Below are positions 1-13,211 of a DNA stretch of 64,000 bases, in pieces. Each line of letters opens with the position of its first letter. Position 1 is the first letter of the stretch. Position numbers and translations under genes: made by a program. The notes below the pieces were generated by a model. The model saw only the letters and a program-made list of their open reading frames with translations. It ran no database searches and had not been told where the DNA came from. Source of the stretch: Felis catus. Taxonomy: Eukaryota. The stretch is from contig NC_058368.1 in NCBI RefSeq assembly GCF_018350175.1, forward strand, positions 93,746,001-93,810,000. Direction: 5' to 3'.

Positions 1-215
1 TTTTTTTTTTCAACATTTATTTATTTTTTGGGACAGAGAGAGACAGAGCATGAATGGGGGAGGGGCAGAGAGAGAGGGAGATACAGAATCGGAAACAGGC
101 TCCAGGCTCTGAGCCATCAGCCCAGAGCCTGACGCGGGGCTCGAACTCATGGACCGCGAGATCGTGACCTGGCTGAAGTCGGACGCTTAACTGACTGCGC
201 CACCCAGGCGCCCCC
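1..215 (-). mobile_element. Young felid CAN-SINE (SINEC_Fc-type)
   Basis: Reverse of GGGGCGCCTGGGTGGCGCAGTC...CAGCCAGGTCACGATCTCGCGGTCC, (CT)n tract, poly-A tail; CpGs mostly intact. Confidence 0.92.
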
Positions 216-896
216 CAAAACAGACATTCTATATAATTTTTTCAATGTACAATATGCTCAGTTGAGCCACATGAGAACTATACTTACACTTGTGAGCATG
301 TTATCAAACAAAGGCAGCAATGGATTGAAAAATCTAAACGAAATTCTCAACAGAAAAACACACACACGATACACAGAGCATCTATTGTACGGAATCAGTA
401 CTGGAAATATACAGTAATGGGAATATCAAAGGACTGCAAAACAGAAAACTGTGCTCTAAATTTTCCTCTAGCATTAACTAGTTATACATTATTGTGGACA
501 AATTATTAATCCCTTTGGATCTTAACATCCTCATTTGTAAAATGACGGACTATAATATTCTTTGCTTTGTTCCAGCTGTGCCCTTAATGAGAAAAGGGAA
601 TACACAACAGCCAGACTAATCCTTTTTTAAATTAAAAAAATAATTTACTTATTTTGGGGAGAGTGCAAGTTGGGGAGGGGCAAACAGAGGGGGACAGAGG
701 ATCTGAAGTAGGCTCTGCGTTGACAGGCTGACACCAGTGTGCCCAATGTGGGGCGCAAACTCACAAACCACAAGATCATGACCTGAGCTGAAGTCAGATG
801 CTCAAGCAACTGAGCTACCCAGGTGCCCCTTTAATTTTTTTTTTTTTTTTTTACTGTTTATTTATTTTAGAGAGAGAATGAGAGAGAATGAGAGAG

Positions 897-941
<45 letters not shown>

Positions 942-2169
942 GACAGAATCCGAAGCAGGCTACAGGTACAGGCTCTGAGCTGTCCGTACAGAGCCCGACA
1001 CGGCGCTCAAATTCAGCAATTGTGAGATCATGACCTGAGCCCAAGTTGGATGCTTAACTGACTGAGCCAGCGAGACACCCCTCCCTTGTGTTTCTTAAAC
1101 ACTTCTGGAGGTTGATGAGAAGGGCTCCAAATCTCCAATGGTGTGACCACACACTTAGACTGACATACCATTAGGGTCTTTACAACCCCAGAGTTAAGTG
1201 GAAAGCCAGGGTTAATTCTGATTAAATATTCACAATGCACTTAAGGGCCACACATGATGGTCTCCACTAGGGACCTACATACTTCACTAGCAGAGCAGCA
1301 TGGGGACTTGGGAGTCAGAAGCCTGGGATTTCAGTCTGACTCTATCACTTAATATTTCTGTGTGGCCTCGGGCAGGTCTCCTCATCACTCTGCTTCTCAT
1401 TTTCCATTATAAAATTTTAATTAACATATAGCATCATTTCTGCAATAGCAAAATATCAGTATCGGTACATAACCATACAACCTTAAGTTTAGTTTTTTAT
1501 TTTTGTTGTGTTTTGAAGAGGTTAAAGCTTTTCCTAACTTGAATTTTTAAATATAGAAACATGATAAACACTTAAACAGTGCAGATATATAGAATAAAAT
1601 GAAAGTACTACCTAATCCTGCCATCCTCCCATGTCTGTTTCCATCTACCTCCCCCCTACAAAGATTTTCTATATACCCTTACAGAGTTTTTCCTATACAT
1701 TTTTAATCAAAGACTTTTATTAAAACATCTGAGTACATGTTGGCATATATAATTTAACCACAGAAGAACATTTTCAAATCAGTATGTATATACCTAGATC
1801 TACCTCAATCATTTGGCTACTGTGTACTATTCTTGGTAGACCATAGTTGATTTAACTGTTCCACTTTTTTTTTTTAATGTTTTTGTATTTAGTTTGAAGA
1901 TCGAGCATGAGTGGGGGAAGGGCAGAGAGAAAGGGAGACACAGAATGGTAAGCAGGCTTCAGGCTGAGCTGTCAGCACAGAGCCCGACAAGGGGCTTGAG
2001 CTCGTGAACTGCCACCATCAGTGACCTGAGCCAAAGTCGAACACTTAACCAACTAAGCCACCCAGGCACCCCTTAACTGATTCACTTTTGTGAACACTGA
2101 TTCCCCCTCTAATTTGTCAGTGAGATGAACAACGCAGAAAAATATTCCACAGAGGTTTTTGTGCACACA

Positions 2170-2588
2170 TAGTAGTTTTCTGAGGTTAGTAACAACAAAT
2201 TGCCACCAATCTAGAGGCTTTCAACAACAAAAAGTATTCTCTCACAGCTCTGGAACCCAGAAGTCCAAAATCAAGGTGTTGGTAGGGCTGGTTCCTTCTG
2301 GAGGCTCTGAGGGAAAGTCCATTCTGGCTTCTCTCTTAGCTTCTGGCAGCTCTGGGCAATCCCAGCAGTCCCGCGTACTAACCAGCACTCTAATCTCCGC
2401 CTCCGCCCCGGCGCCACCTTCCCCCTGCGTCTTCAATCTCCCTCTTCCTTCTCCTATAAGGACACCACTCACCAATCTGGAGATCTTTACCTTAATTACA
2501 CCTGTGAAGGCCCCTATTCCAACTAAGGTCATATTCTGAGGTTCTGATCGGACATAACTTTTGGGGCCATTAATCAACCCACGACCAC
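2170..2588 (-). mobile_element. MLT1-type MaLR solo LTR
   Basis: tattctctcacagctctggaacccagaagtccaaaatcaaggtgttggtagggctggttccttctggaggctctgaggg is typical reverse-strand MLT1. Confidence 0.8.
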
Positions 2589-3189
2589 ACACACAAGAAT
2601 ATGTCAGTTGTATAAAAAATTATACTGCTAAAATACCTCTCAAAAGGTTACAATGATTTTCATTTCCACCAAAATGATACTAACGTGCTCTTTCCCCTGA
2701 TTCTTGCCAACTTTTAAAACTTCGGGCTAAATCTATGTGATAAAAAAAATACTGCAATACTGTTTCTACTGCATCTCCCTGACTTTTCTAGTAAGGTTAA
2801 TCCTGTATTTACTGTCTTCTTTTGAGAACCTCCTATTCTTAAATTTTGTCATTTTCTACGCGCTGATGTGTCATTTTCTTCTCAATCTTTTAAGAATTCT
2901 TCACAGCCTGGATATTAATATTTTATAATATATGTTGCCACAATTTCCAAGCCTGTCACTTATTCAACCTTATCTTTTACTGCATAACATTTAAAAGTAT
3001 TTATTTAATCAAATTTACCAAGTTATTCTTTTACGGTCCTGGGCTTTTAACATTTTTAGATTTTTAAGCAGGACAAATATAGACAGATGAGTAACGGACA
3101 GCACATTCTACTCTGTCTGCAAATAAATGCCTTATGAATGAGAAAATATTTGAGGAGCCAGAGGAGGCTTAAATTAGGTGTTCTAAGAC

Positions 3190-3937
3190 GCAATTTCCAA
3201 CAAGCAATTCTCAGAACGCCAGCCATTCATTCAACCCAACTGAATATAGCTCAATATAATCAACTCTGACACTACTCAGACACAGCATCAGATTCCACAG
3301 GCTGAGGGCTCAGTCCTACTGGACTGCAAACCGCCCCGAACCCACCCCCAACTTCGGACATCGTCAGCCCAGCTAGCTGTGCTTCTGACCCACTGGCTAT
3401 GCACTGGAGGTTCCCACGAGGCCCTCTCCTTAGGTACAATTATTGTGCCAGCTCACAGAACTCAAACGAAACACGTTATTAACAGTAAAAGGATGTAACT
3501 CACAAACAGCCAAATGGAAGAGGTGCAGAGGGCAAGGTATGGGGATGGGACGCAGAGTTTCCCTGCCCTCTGCCCTCTCCAGGAGCACCACCCTCCCAGC
3601 ATCTCCACGTGTTCAACAACCAGGAAGCTCTCTGAACCCCGTCCTTTTGAGTTTTTATGTAGGCTACGTTTTTTGGACAAGAACTATTAAATTGAAGCTG
3701 GCAATTGCTTCAACCTCCCTGGAGGTCAGGGGGTGGGACTGAAAGTGCCAACCCTCTAATCACTGCTTAGAGGCCAGCAGCCCCCATCCTTAGGTGCTTT
3801 CCAGAACCTCATTAACATAACAAAAGACAACTTTAACCCCTCCAAAGGCTTAAGAAATGCTAAGGGTTTTGGAAGCGGTGAGAGAGGGGCTGTGGATGAA
3901 GACAAAACATACACGTCTCATAAATCACAATATCACA
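3190..3937 (-). mobile_element. MER21-like ERV LTR
   Basis: Ends in aaatcacaatatcaca (minus strand TGTGATATTGTGATTT, an LTR TG start); internal cagcatcagattccacaggctgagggctcagtcc recalled from the MER21 group. Confidence 0.6.
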
Positions 3938-5993
3938 ATGCTGCAGACCCAACGTGAAAATACGGAGAAGAGGAACAGTAAAGTTGGAGGAGGTATGGGT
4001 GATTTAATTAATAGTCCAACAACTCCTGATGCACAAGAATGCCTTAGACACTGAAAGAGAAGAAATGTAAGACAGACACATTCTCTGCCCTCCAGAAGTT
4101 TACAATTTGGACACAAGCAAAAACATTTTAAGCGGTGGTTAAGCAACTACAAATGAAAAAAAAAAATTAGCAAACCAATGAAATCCGTGTAGTTGACAAT
4201 ACGAAGGGAAGTAAGAATTCTGATGGGTCTCAGATGGTGAGTACCAATCAGGATTCAAAAAAATTTTTTTAAACCTTTATCAAACTAAAATAAACATAAG
4301 AAAAGTGCACTATCATAATCAAACAACTCAATCAACTGTGCCAAGTAAAGTCATCCACATAACCAGCACTCATAAGTCCGCGATGGCACCCTAGAAGCCC
4401 CTCCTACTTCGCTCCTACTTTCCCTTCGAACTTCCTTCCTTCACTCCCCGAAAGGTCAGACTGGTTTTGTCTAATTTTGTACTTTGTGTAAAGAGAATAA
4501 GACACTAGGTACTTTTTTTTCCCCCAAAAAAACCTGTCTGTGACATTCATCAAAAGTTTTGCATATAGTTAGAGACTGTTCTTTTCCGTTACCATACGGT
4601 ATTCCATTGTGTGAATATTTTAATACACCACTTATCGATTATACCAGTGATGGGTAGTTTCTGTGGTGCCTACATCTGGACTCTTGTGAAACACTACTAT
4701 GAACATTCTCATGTGCATCCTGTGGTGAACACGTTTTCACTTCTGTGGGCTGTGTACTAGGGAACACAAGCCCCGTGTCAGGGACCACACAGATGTGCAG
4801 CGCTATTAAGTACCACCCGACAGTTTCCAAAGGATGGGCACAACCCCTCCAGCACTGTGTGGGAGCTCCAGGTGCGCTGCACTTTCCCGACAACTGCTAT
4901 TCGCCACCTCTTCCACGTTAGCCCTTCTAGTGAATCTGCGGCAATTGCAATTATTACGAATGATATGAGAGTTCAGATAATAGCAAATCGCTCACAACAG
5001 AGCAGACTTTAGAAAGACATATGCAGGTTTTAATTAAACTAACTGCACACAAAAAAAGAGTTCACTGACTTGCTTAGTCACATACCCAAGGAATAACAAA
5101 ACGATACATGTAAAGTCCACGTTTAAGAGTGTAAAAGTGGGGCACCTGGGTGGCTCAGTCGGTTAAGTGTCCGACTTCGGCTGAGTTCATGATCTTGCAG
5201 TTTGTGAATTCAAACCCCATGTCGGGCTCTGTGCCGAGCCTGCTTCGGATTCTGTGTCTGCCTCCCTTCTCTACCCCTCCTTGGCTCACGATCTTTCTCA
5301 AAATAAACAAATGTTAAAAAAAAAAAAAAAAAAGAACATAAAAGCAGCAGTCAATTATTCTATGGCCACTGCTCTTCCACTGGGAGAAGAATTAACCAGT
5401 TATTTTAACCACTCTCTAAACTGCATTAAAAAAAGAAAAGAATATGGGTATTAATGGGTATTAGGCTGTTGTAAAAAAAACTTACAATAAAATGGTAGAA
5501 GAAAGTACATGTATTTTAAGAGAAGACAATCACGGAGCCAGCAAAGAGTGCTCAAGAGTGGGGAGAAATATGAAGACAAGACAGAAAGTAGAAGACAAGG
5601 TGAATAAACGTTCTGGTGACTAAAACCTGTACAAAAGAGTTCTCTCACTAAAATCTTAAGATACATACTTTTCTATAGTATAGAAGCAATGGCTATTTTA
5701 TTTCAGGAAAATGAATATCAGTAAATGTTTTCTAAAAATAATATAAAATGTTCAGCAAAAATGTACAAAACAGCTTTTCTGTGACTCACTCTGTACAATT
5801 TCACATGTGCACTATGTGAGATACATCCCCTTAAGAAACTACAGCATAAAATTTAATCAGGACGGGTATTTTCAGTAAACAATAAAACATCAGAATCTAT
5901 AATAATACTACATCTGATACTTATTTATTTTTATTAAAACAATTTTTTTAGGTTTATTTATTTTGAGAGAGACTGAACATGAGCAGGGGTGAG

Positions 5994-6043
<50 letters not shown>

Positions 6044-7609
6044 GAGAGAGAATCCCAAGCAGGCTCCGTGCTGTCAGTGTGGAGTCTGAAATGGAGCTCC
6101 ATCCCACAAACCAGGAGATTATGACCCAAGCCGAAATCGAGTCAGATGCTGAACTGAGCCACCCAGACGTCCCTAATACTTAACTTTAAAGGTTTTTTTT
6201 AAAAATCCCGGACTCACACTAGTAAAAAAAACCCCAAAATAAATTACTTCAATTTTTCAGGTGTCTAGCACCGTGACCTCACGTCAGTCCCCAAGCTCCT
6301 AGAGGGTGAGCAGCGCATCCTGTAATTTATCACAGCCTCTGTCCACAGGCTCAGCAGGACATTCAATAAATCCTACTCAACTCACCAACATGCTTGAATG
6401 TGTAACCACTGACCAGTATAGCATATATGCTGCTTCATGCAGCTGGTGAAAGGTGATCGGGTATTTCCGTAAGACAAACCTAGTTCAAAATGCTTAATCA
6501 TTTTTAAACAACAATCTGTAAACAGGCACAGATTTTAGAAATTATATAAACACAAGCATTACAAAATTCAAGAACAATAAAGTAGAAAGACATAAACTAT
6601 GCCTAAGAGCATCTGCTAACAGAGCAAACCTCTTTCTAAACTTTCAGTTTATTATTTCCTTAGAGTTTATCTAGGTTGGGACCTTTGTACACATTTACTC
6701 CAACCAATGAAGCACATGGTTAATTTATAAATGTTGACTCTTAAGAGCCAACTGAGTGATGACCATGCTAAAAAAACAAACAAACAAACAAACAAAAAAC
6801 TGTGTCATTTCCTGGGAGTTTATCTGCTTCTCTTTTCAAGGTTCGAATCTCTAACATTTATAACTTATATCAATGTTAGGTATGAAGAGTGAACAATAGG
6901 GTATCTAAAACGTGTGTGCATTTAGTTGATCGGGTAATATATAAATTTTGAAAATTAATGTAACTGGTCAGAATTGATCAAGCTTAAGAAGCATCATAAA
7001 AAGGACTGGAGTGCTAGTAAGAGGTCTAAGAAACCGTTAAGGAAAGGCTCATGAAACATGAAACGTTAAGAGGGAAAACCACAGGGAGACTGAAATGAAA
7101 CTTTGTGACAGAAGACAGTTCACTGAGAAGAAAAAAAGAAATGGCTGGGAATGAAAAATAGAGCAAACGCTACCAAACTAACCAAACATAAACACCACAT
7201 ACAAAGCATCCACAGGCAGTCATCAACGTGGAGGCGCAGAACACAATATGCGGCTGTAACTGCCAATCTCTAATCCTAGACAACCGCCAACTGTTCTCTC
7301 GAGAGATTAATGGTCAGACTACTTTTTATTTCATTTTTTTAAGTAATCTCTACCCCCACCGTGGGGCTCAAACTCACGACCCCAAGGATCCAGAGTCGCA
7401 CGATCCACCTACTGCCAGCCAGGCGCCCCCATGACTAGACCTCTCAAGTTCTGTGCTGGAACAGAATAGGAGGGCAGCATGCAAGCAAAAACATGGCTGA
7501 ACAAAACGTGGTAAGAGTTTACGAATAAATACTGCGATTTGCTAGTCCAACACACGTTATGCCGAGTACAACTAGCTAGTCATACTAAAAATAAAATGCT
7601 AAAAACTCA

Positions 7610-7783
<174 letters not shown>

Positions 7784-10636
7784 CTAAACACTGAAGTTTT
7801 TCTTGTTCAGAAAAATAAAGTCTTTCTGATTTTAAAATTAATTCAAACAGTACTCTCATTTTGCAAAAGCCAAAAAGTCATATTTATTCTTATAATTTAA
7901 TAATACCAATCAAATCTTTGTTTCATTTGTAAAAAGGAGCGTTTGGGGGTAAAAAAAAAAAAAACAAAACACACAGTCATACACATTTGAAACTCATCAG
8001 CAACCTGAAGGCTAATGTAGGTTAAAAAAAGGAATTCCCTGCACCCAATTAGTACAAGTCCAAAAGGTGGAAAACATAGAGAACACCAATTTCCACTTAC
8101 TTGCCAAGAAAACAGCTACACTTAGAGTGGGTGCTTAATTCTTAAGGAAGGTTAGAATAAACCCATCTGTATTCAAACTTGTTTACAAATAATGTAACTG
8201 GACAAAACTTAAACTGAATTTTGGGAAATAAGGAACACTTTAAAAAATACATATGCATTTCAACTTCATTTTCCCAGAGAGGATTCTTCAATGGAATGAA
8301 AAACTGTAAGGCAACACATTCCCTTCCAAGATTGCATACTAAATGAGAAATGTAAACTCTGTGTTTTCATTTAAAACCAGTACTTAAGTGATTACTTTTT
8401 ACATAAAGAGTTTGTTATATATAATTCTTTTCAGGCTAAGATACATTCTATACTGTTTTCTGAACATGGTTATCTTTTTTTTTTTTTTAATTTAAGTAAT
8501 CTCTACACCCCACATAGGGCTTGAACTCAGCCCTGGGATCAAGAGTTGCATGCTCTATATTGACTGAGCCAGCCAGGCACCCCTGAACATGGTTATCACA
8601 TTTCTATATTCTAACAGTTCCTATGACTAATACTAAACAATTAATACTTTAAATCATCTGGTCCAAAATCTTACAGCAAAGCCACCTGACACATTCTGCA
8701 ACCTTTTCAAAAAAGATTCCAAAAGAGAAATAAGCCCTAATACCCTCATTGTGTATAACAAATTAACTTCTTTCTCATGCATCTAGAAAAATATTACCAA
8801 CTTAAGAAAAATAAGAAAACAGTCACTCTTTCTTTAAATTTTTTTTTAACCATGTAATTCTCTCTCTGACCCCTGGATGAAAAAGGCTAGCATACATTAG
8901 ATAACAGGAGGAAACACACCAAAGAGTAATTCCAACCAAAGCTTAAGGGCAAAACCTAAAACTGATAAGATATTGTTACACTTAAGAACAAAGATTTGGG
9001 GAAAGTTACATTATTGAGAGACTATTACTGTCTATTAGACAGGGAGCTAGAAAATTTCTCATATGCTGTATCTCAATTTAATTCTAACCACCAAGAGTCA
9101 CCAGAATTACGCAGGTGATTTATCTGAGCAAGATCAGGATTAAATTAAGGGCGGTGGAACCCCTTTACGTGGGAGGCTACAGTTCAGAGTTCAGATTCTG
9201 CTGTCAAATGAGCTAGGTTCAAATCATATGTTGGCTGATTTACAGCCATTCATAACCTGGGCAGGATCTTTTCTGCCTTTTCTAAGTCTGCTTATCTATA
9301 AATCCTCATCACACCTCACACAGGTATTCACTACCTGCCCACAGGCAAGCACTCACCCAAGGAGGCTATCATTACTGGTATTTTCCCTGACTTGACATGA
9401 GTTAGTGACCTCAGAATCTAATCACACTGTTACACTATAGGCCTTATCTCCAGGTCCCTGGTTGGCAACCTTCCTCCCCACAGAGAGCCCTGCCCTTCCC
9501 CAAAACAAAATGATACTTTAGATATGGGAAAGACCTCAAGCTAACAGCAGCCAAGTTTGAGAATCACTGTTCGTGATAATTATGTCTCATGAGATAAGGT
9601 CTGCCTTGTGCAGGATATGTACTCACTTATTGAATTAACTAACAAATGAAAAACCTGTAATATTTCATCTAACCAACCTGGAGCACTCTCCCAGGGGTTT
9701 TCAGTGTTGGTGTAAATGATCAGTCAGATACAATGAAATTATCTAATAATCTAGTTTATTAAGGTATTATAGAAAAAAAAAGGAGGACAGAGGTGGAAAT
9801 GGGGGACAACATGAGGTTGTTGATAACACAGCCTACTAAGGCTGGATAAACCAAAAATATTCCTGTTAATGAAAAGTATGTAATAAGAAAACATCTAGGG
9901 GCGCCTGCGTGGCTCAATCGGTTAAGCGTCCAACTCTTGATCTCGACTCAGGTCTTGATCTCAGGGTCATGAGTTCAAGTCCCAAGACGGGCTCCACACT
10001 AGGCATGAAGGTTGCTTAAAAAAAAAATAAAAGAAGAAAACAACTAAAAGTCTATAAAAATAAACTGGTATTCTTTTCTAAGTACTCTCTTAAATTTTTT
10101 AGCTCAAGATCATCAAGTCCAAAGAAGTCAAGTAATTTGCTTCAGATTTCACTGCTAGATAACCAATTAAACTATTTAGGAACACTGAGTCACACGGTGG
10201 TATTCTCCTCAGGGGTGTTTCTCAAACCTGCCTGCACATTCAAATCAGCTTAAAAAACAAAACTAGGGGCACCTGGGTGGCTCAGTTAAGCGTCTGGCTC
10301 TAGGTTTCAGCTCAGGTCATGATCCATGGCCTTGTGGGTTTGACCCTGCATAGGGCTCTGCGCTGGCAGTGTGGAGCCTGCTTAGGATATTCTCTATCTG
10401 CCCCTCCCCTATTCACGCTATCTCCCTCAAGATAAATAAACTTAAAAACAAAACAAAAAACTAAAACACTGATATAACACAGAGAGGTCTAGGCCTTATT
10501 CCACGACAATGAAACTGAAATTCCGGGTGGAAAGTGGGGTCTGGGTAACTGGAATTTGGGGGCCAGGAGCACAGGTGTGGGGAACTTCCCAGGTGAGTGT
10601 AATATGCAGCCAGGATCAGGAGCCCAGCTCTAGAGC

Positions 10637-10823
10637 AGTAATCCCCACTGGGGCAATAATGCCCCCAGGGGACACTGTAAAGATATTTTGGGTTGTCATG
10701 GGAGGAGGGTACCACTGGCATCTAGCTGGTAAACGCCAGGAATGCCGCTAAACATCCCTTCTACAACGCGCAGGACGGTGCCATTCAACAAAATGTCAAC
10801 AGTGCTGAGGTTAAGTAACCCTG
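10637..10823 (+). mobile_element. MER20 (hAT-Charlie) DNA transposon
   Basis: ggggcaataatgcccccaggggaca...actggcatctagctggta...gctaaacatcc...aatgtcaacagtgctgaggttaagtaaccctg. Confidence 0.75.
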
Positions 10824-13044
10824 CTCCAAAGTCACACTGTTCCTGTGTTATCTGATCTGCTTTTCATTTTACTTGCTTCTGAAGATGGATGCGAACACTG
10901 AAAATTAGTCAGCTGCTGGTAAACTACTTTACTTCAGAGAGTCCAGTATTTTCAACTCCCAGCAGTTGAGACTAAGGTTTATAGGATTAACACAGCCACA
11001 GTGAAAAGCTTATGTTGATAAAGAGAGGCACCCAGCAGCGGCTGGCAGAACCAAGAAGTCCACTGGGAGCAATGTCTGGCCTCCCTCTGAGACAGGCTAG
11101 GAAGATACTCCTTTCTGACCACACCTGAGTTCTCAAGCAGTCCTACAACTGTGAGACAGAGAGAATAAGCAGCCATAATAAAAAACGATTTGGGGATGTG
11201 GGCCTCTGAGAGAACTAAAGGGGGGGGGTCTTAAGGTGCCCCAGTGAGTCCTACTTGGGGTATGTATGGACTGTTGGGCAACCTACCTTGGGCACATGGC
11301 TGGGGCAGGGAGCGGGGGGGGGGGGGGGGGGGGGGGAATCATGCCAAGACATGTGCCTAAAATCAGGCCAGTGTAGGTATTAGAACGTTGTTACTTGGGA
11401 CAGCATTTGTGTTCTTTCTTCTTTCCCTAGAATTGAACTCTGAAACTATATGCTGAAAAAGCAAAGTAGGCCAGCTGCACCTTCCTGCCCTTTGTTCCCT
11501 CTGAACAATACTTGTGCAAAGGGTATCTTGCATGGATGAAGAAGTAACATTCGTCCCCTCTAAATCAAGCTGCTGCACCAGGGGATCGATTCACAGATGG
11601 GAGGCATCAACTGAATGAGATCTCCAAAAGATGCCAAATTTTTCAGGCTTAACAACAAAATTTTCAGGTCTTAAAAAAACAGCCCAAAAAATGCCCCATG
11701 GATTAAACAGGAAAAAATAAATAAAAACAATCTGAGTGTGGGGGAAAAAAAAAAAAAAACCACAGTAATACGATTTTCTTGTGCCACTAAATGAGAATGA
11801 GGAGTGTACTGTTAGGCTGGAGCAGATTACGTGACCATTTGGGAATATACTGGAAACACTGATTCATGGGCATTGACTAGATTCCTAAACTTTGGATCAC
11901 CTACTCTGCCTCCTTTCTAATACAGTCTCTTTCCTGGCATCTCCAAGTGTCTTTAACAAGTGACTGCATTCCTGCCTAGATCTCAGGTGGGGCTATAACT
12001 AAATCATACTGCAAAGAGTTCTAAAATTATAAACAAGCAGCTATATTTAGAAATAGGAACACAGTTGCTTGATAAAATTGCTAACAGTGGAAATGAGAGC
12101 CTTAGAGAACACGTGAAAATTAATCATAAAGTTAAATACACAGCACACAGAGGTCCCAATAAATACTCTGGAATGACCTACTGCAACACTGCAGAAATGC
12201 CACAATTTTAAGCCTTACTCTTGATCTGTAATATTCTTAAATAGCTGGCCCGACTGGTAAATATTTTTAAGTATAACCGCTCATCTCTGGAATTATTTTA
12301 CATGCAAAATAATTTTTCAAGAAGAAATGTTTACTAAACATCTACTACATGCTGGATTTCATGACAAAAACAAATAAAACAAGCCTCCTAACCTGAAGCA
12401 GGTTAAATTATGAGGGGAAACAACTCAGTACCTATAGGAAAAGTGCTGTCACAGAAATCATCTTCTTCCTCTCTAAACCTGCTCCTTTGGCCTCATGCTT
12501 CCAAGACCAGATGGCAGTTCCAGTCCCAGAATCCTGGAACTCCTTTTTCCTCCACCCCTCCTTTCTATCCCTCCTTCCACTGCCCCAGCATCTGGCCTCC
12601 GGACTACTGCGACAGCTAACTGGTCTTTCTGGCTCTGATCTTGTCCCACTGACTACAACAACCAATTTCAAATTTAACGACGACTCTAAAACGCATATCT
12701 AATCAGGAAGATGCACTGCTTGTGACTTCACATCACTTATGTGACATCAAATTCAGCTTTCCTGACCTGGCACACAAAGCCCTCATGATCTGGCCCCTGT
12801 CTACCCCCCAGGCTAAATTCCTACCACACCTGCCTTACACTATTAGACAAATGATTGAAGTTTCTCTGCTCGACACTCACTTATCCGCCTTTATTGTCCA
12901 CTTGCCTATAACCGATCCCAGACTTCCCCCAAACTGAATATTTATTTAACTCCAGGGTTACTTCTTCCAAGAAGCCATCTCTGAGATGTGTGTCTCTTCA
13001 GGTTGGGCTAAGGGACTTCTGTAACACCCCGCACATACCACAAT

Positions 13045-13211
13045 CACTGGCCACCAAACTCAAGCGTGGTGAGGCGATCAGCAAGATCAGCATCATCTGG
13101 GATCTTGTCAAACACAGTAACTTAGACCCTTCCCACACCTCCGCAATCAGAATCTGCATTTTAACAAGATCCCCAGGTGATCTATATGCACAAAAGGGTT
13201 GGGAGGCACTG
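13045..13211. mobile_element. MER5A-like DNA transposon (further MER5-like pieces at ~13255-13680, ~10210-10630, ~26600-26760)
   Basis: atcagcatcatctgggatcttgt...aatcagaatctgcattttaacaagatccccaggtgat. Confidence 0.7.

Noticed and set aside
5139..5225. tRNA-like A/B-box sequences
   Set aside because: They are SINE heads followed by (CT)n and A-tails, not tRNA genes.
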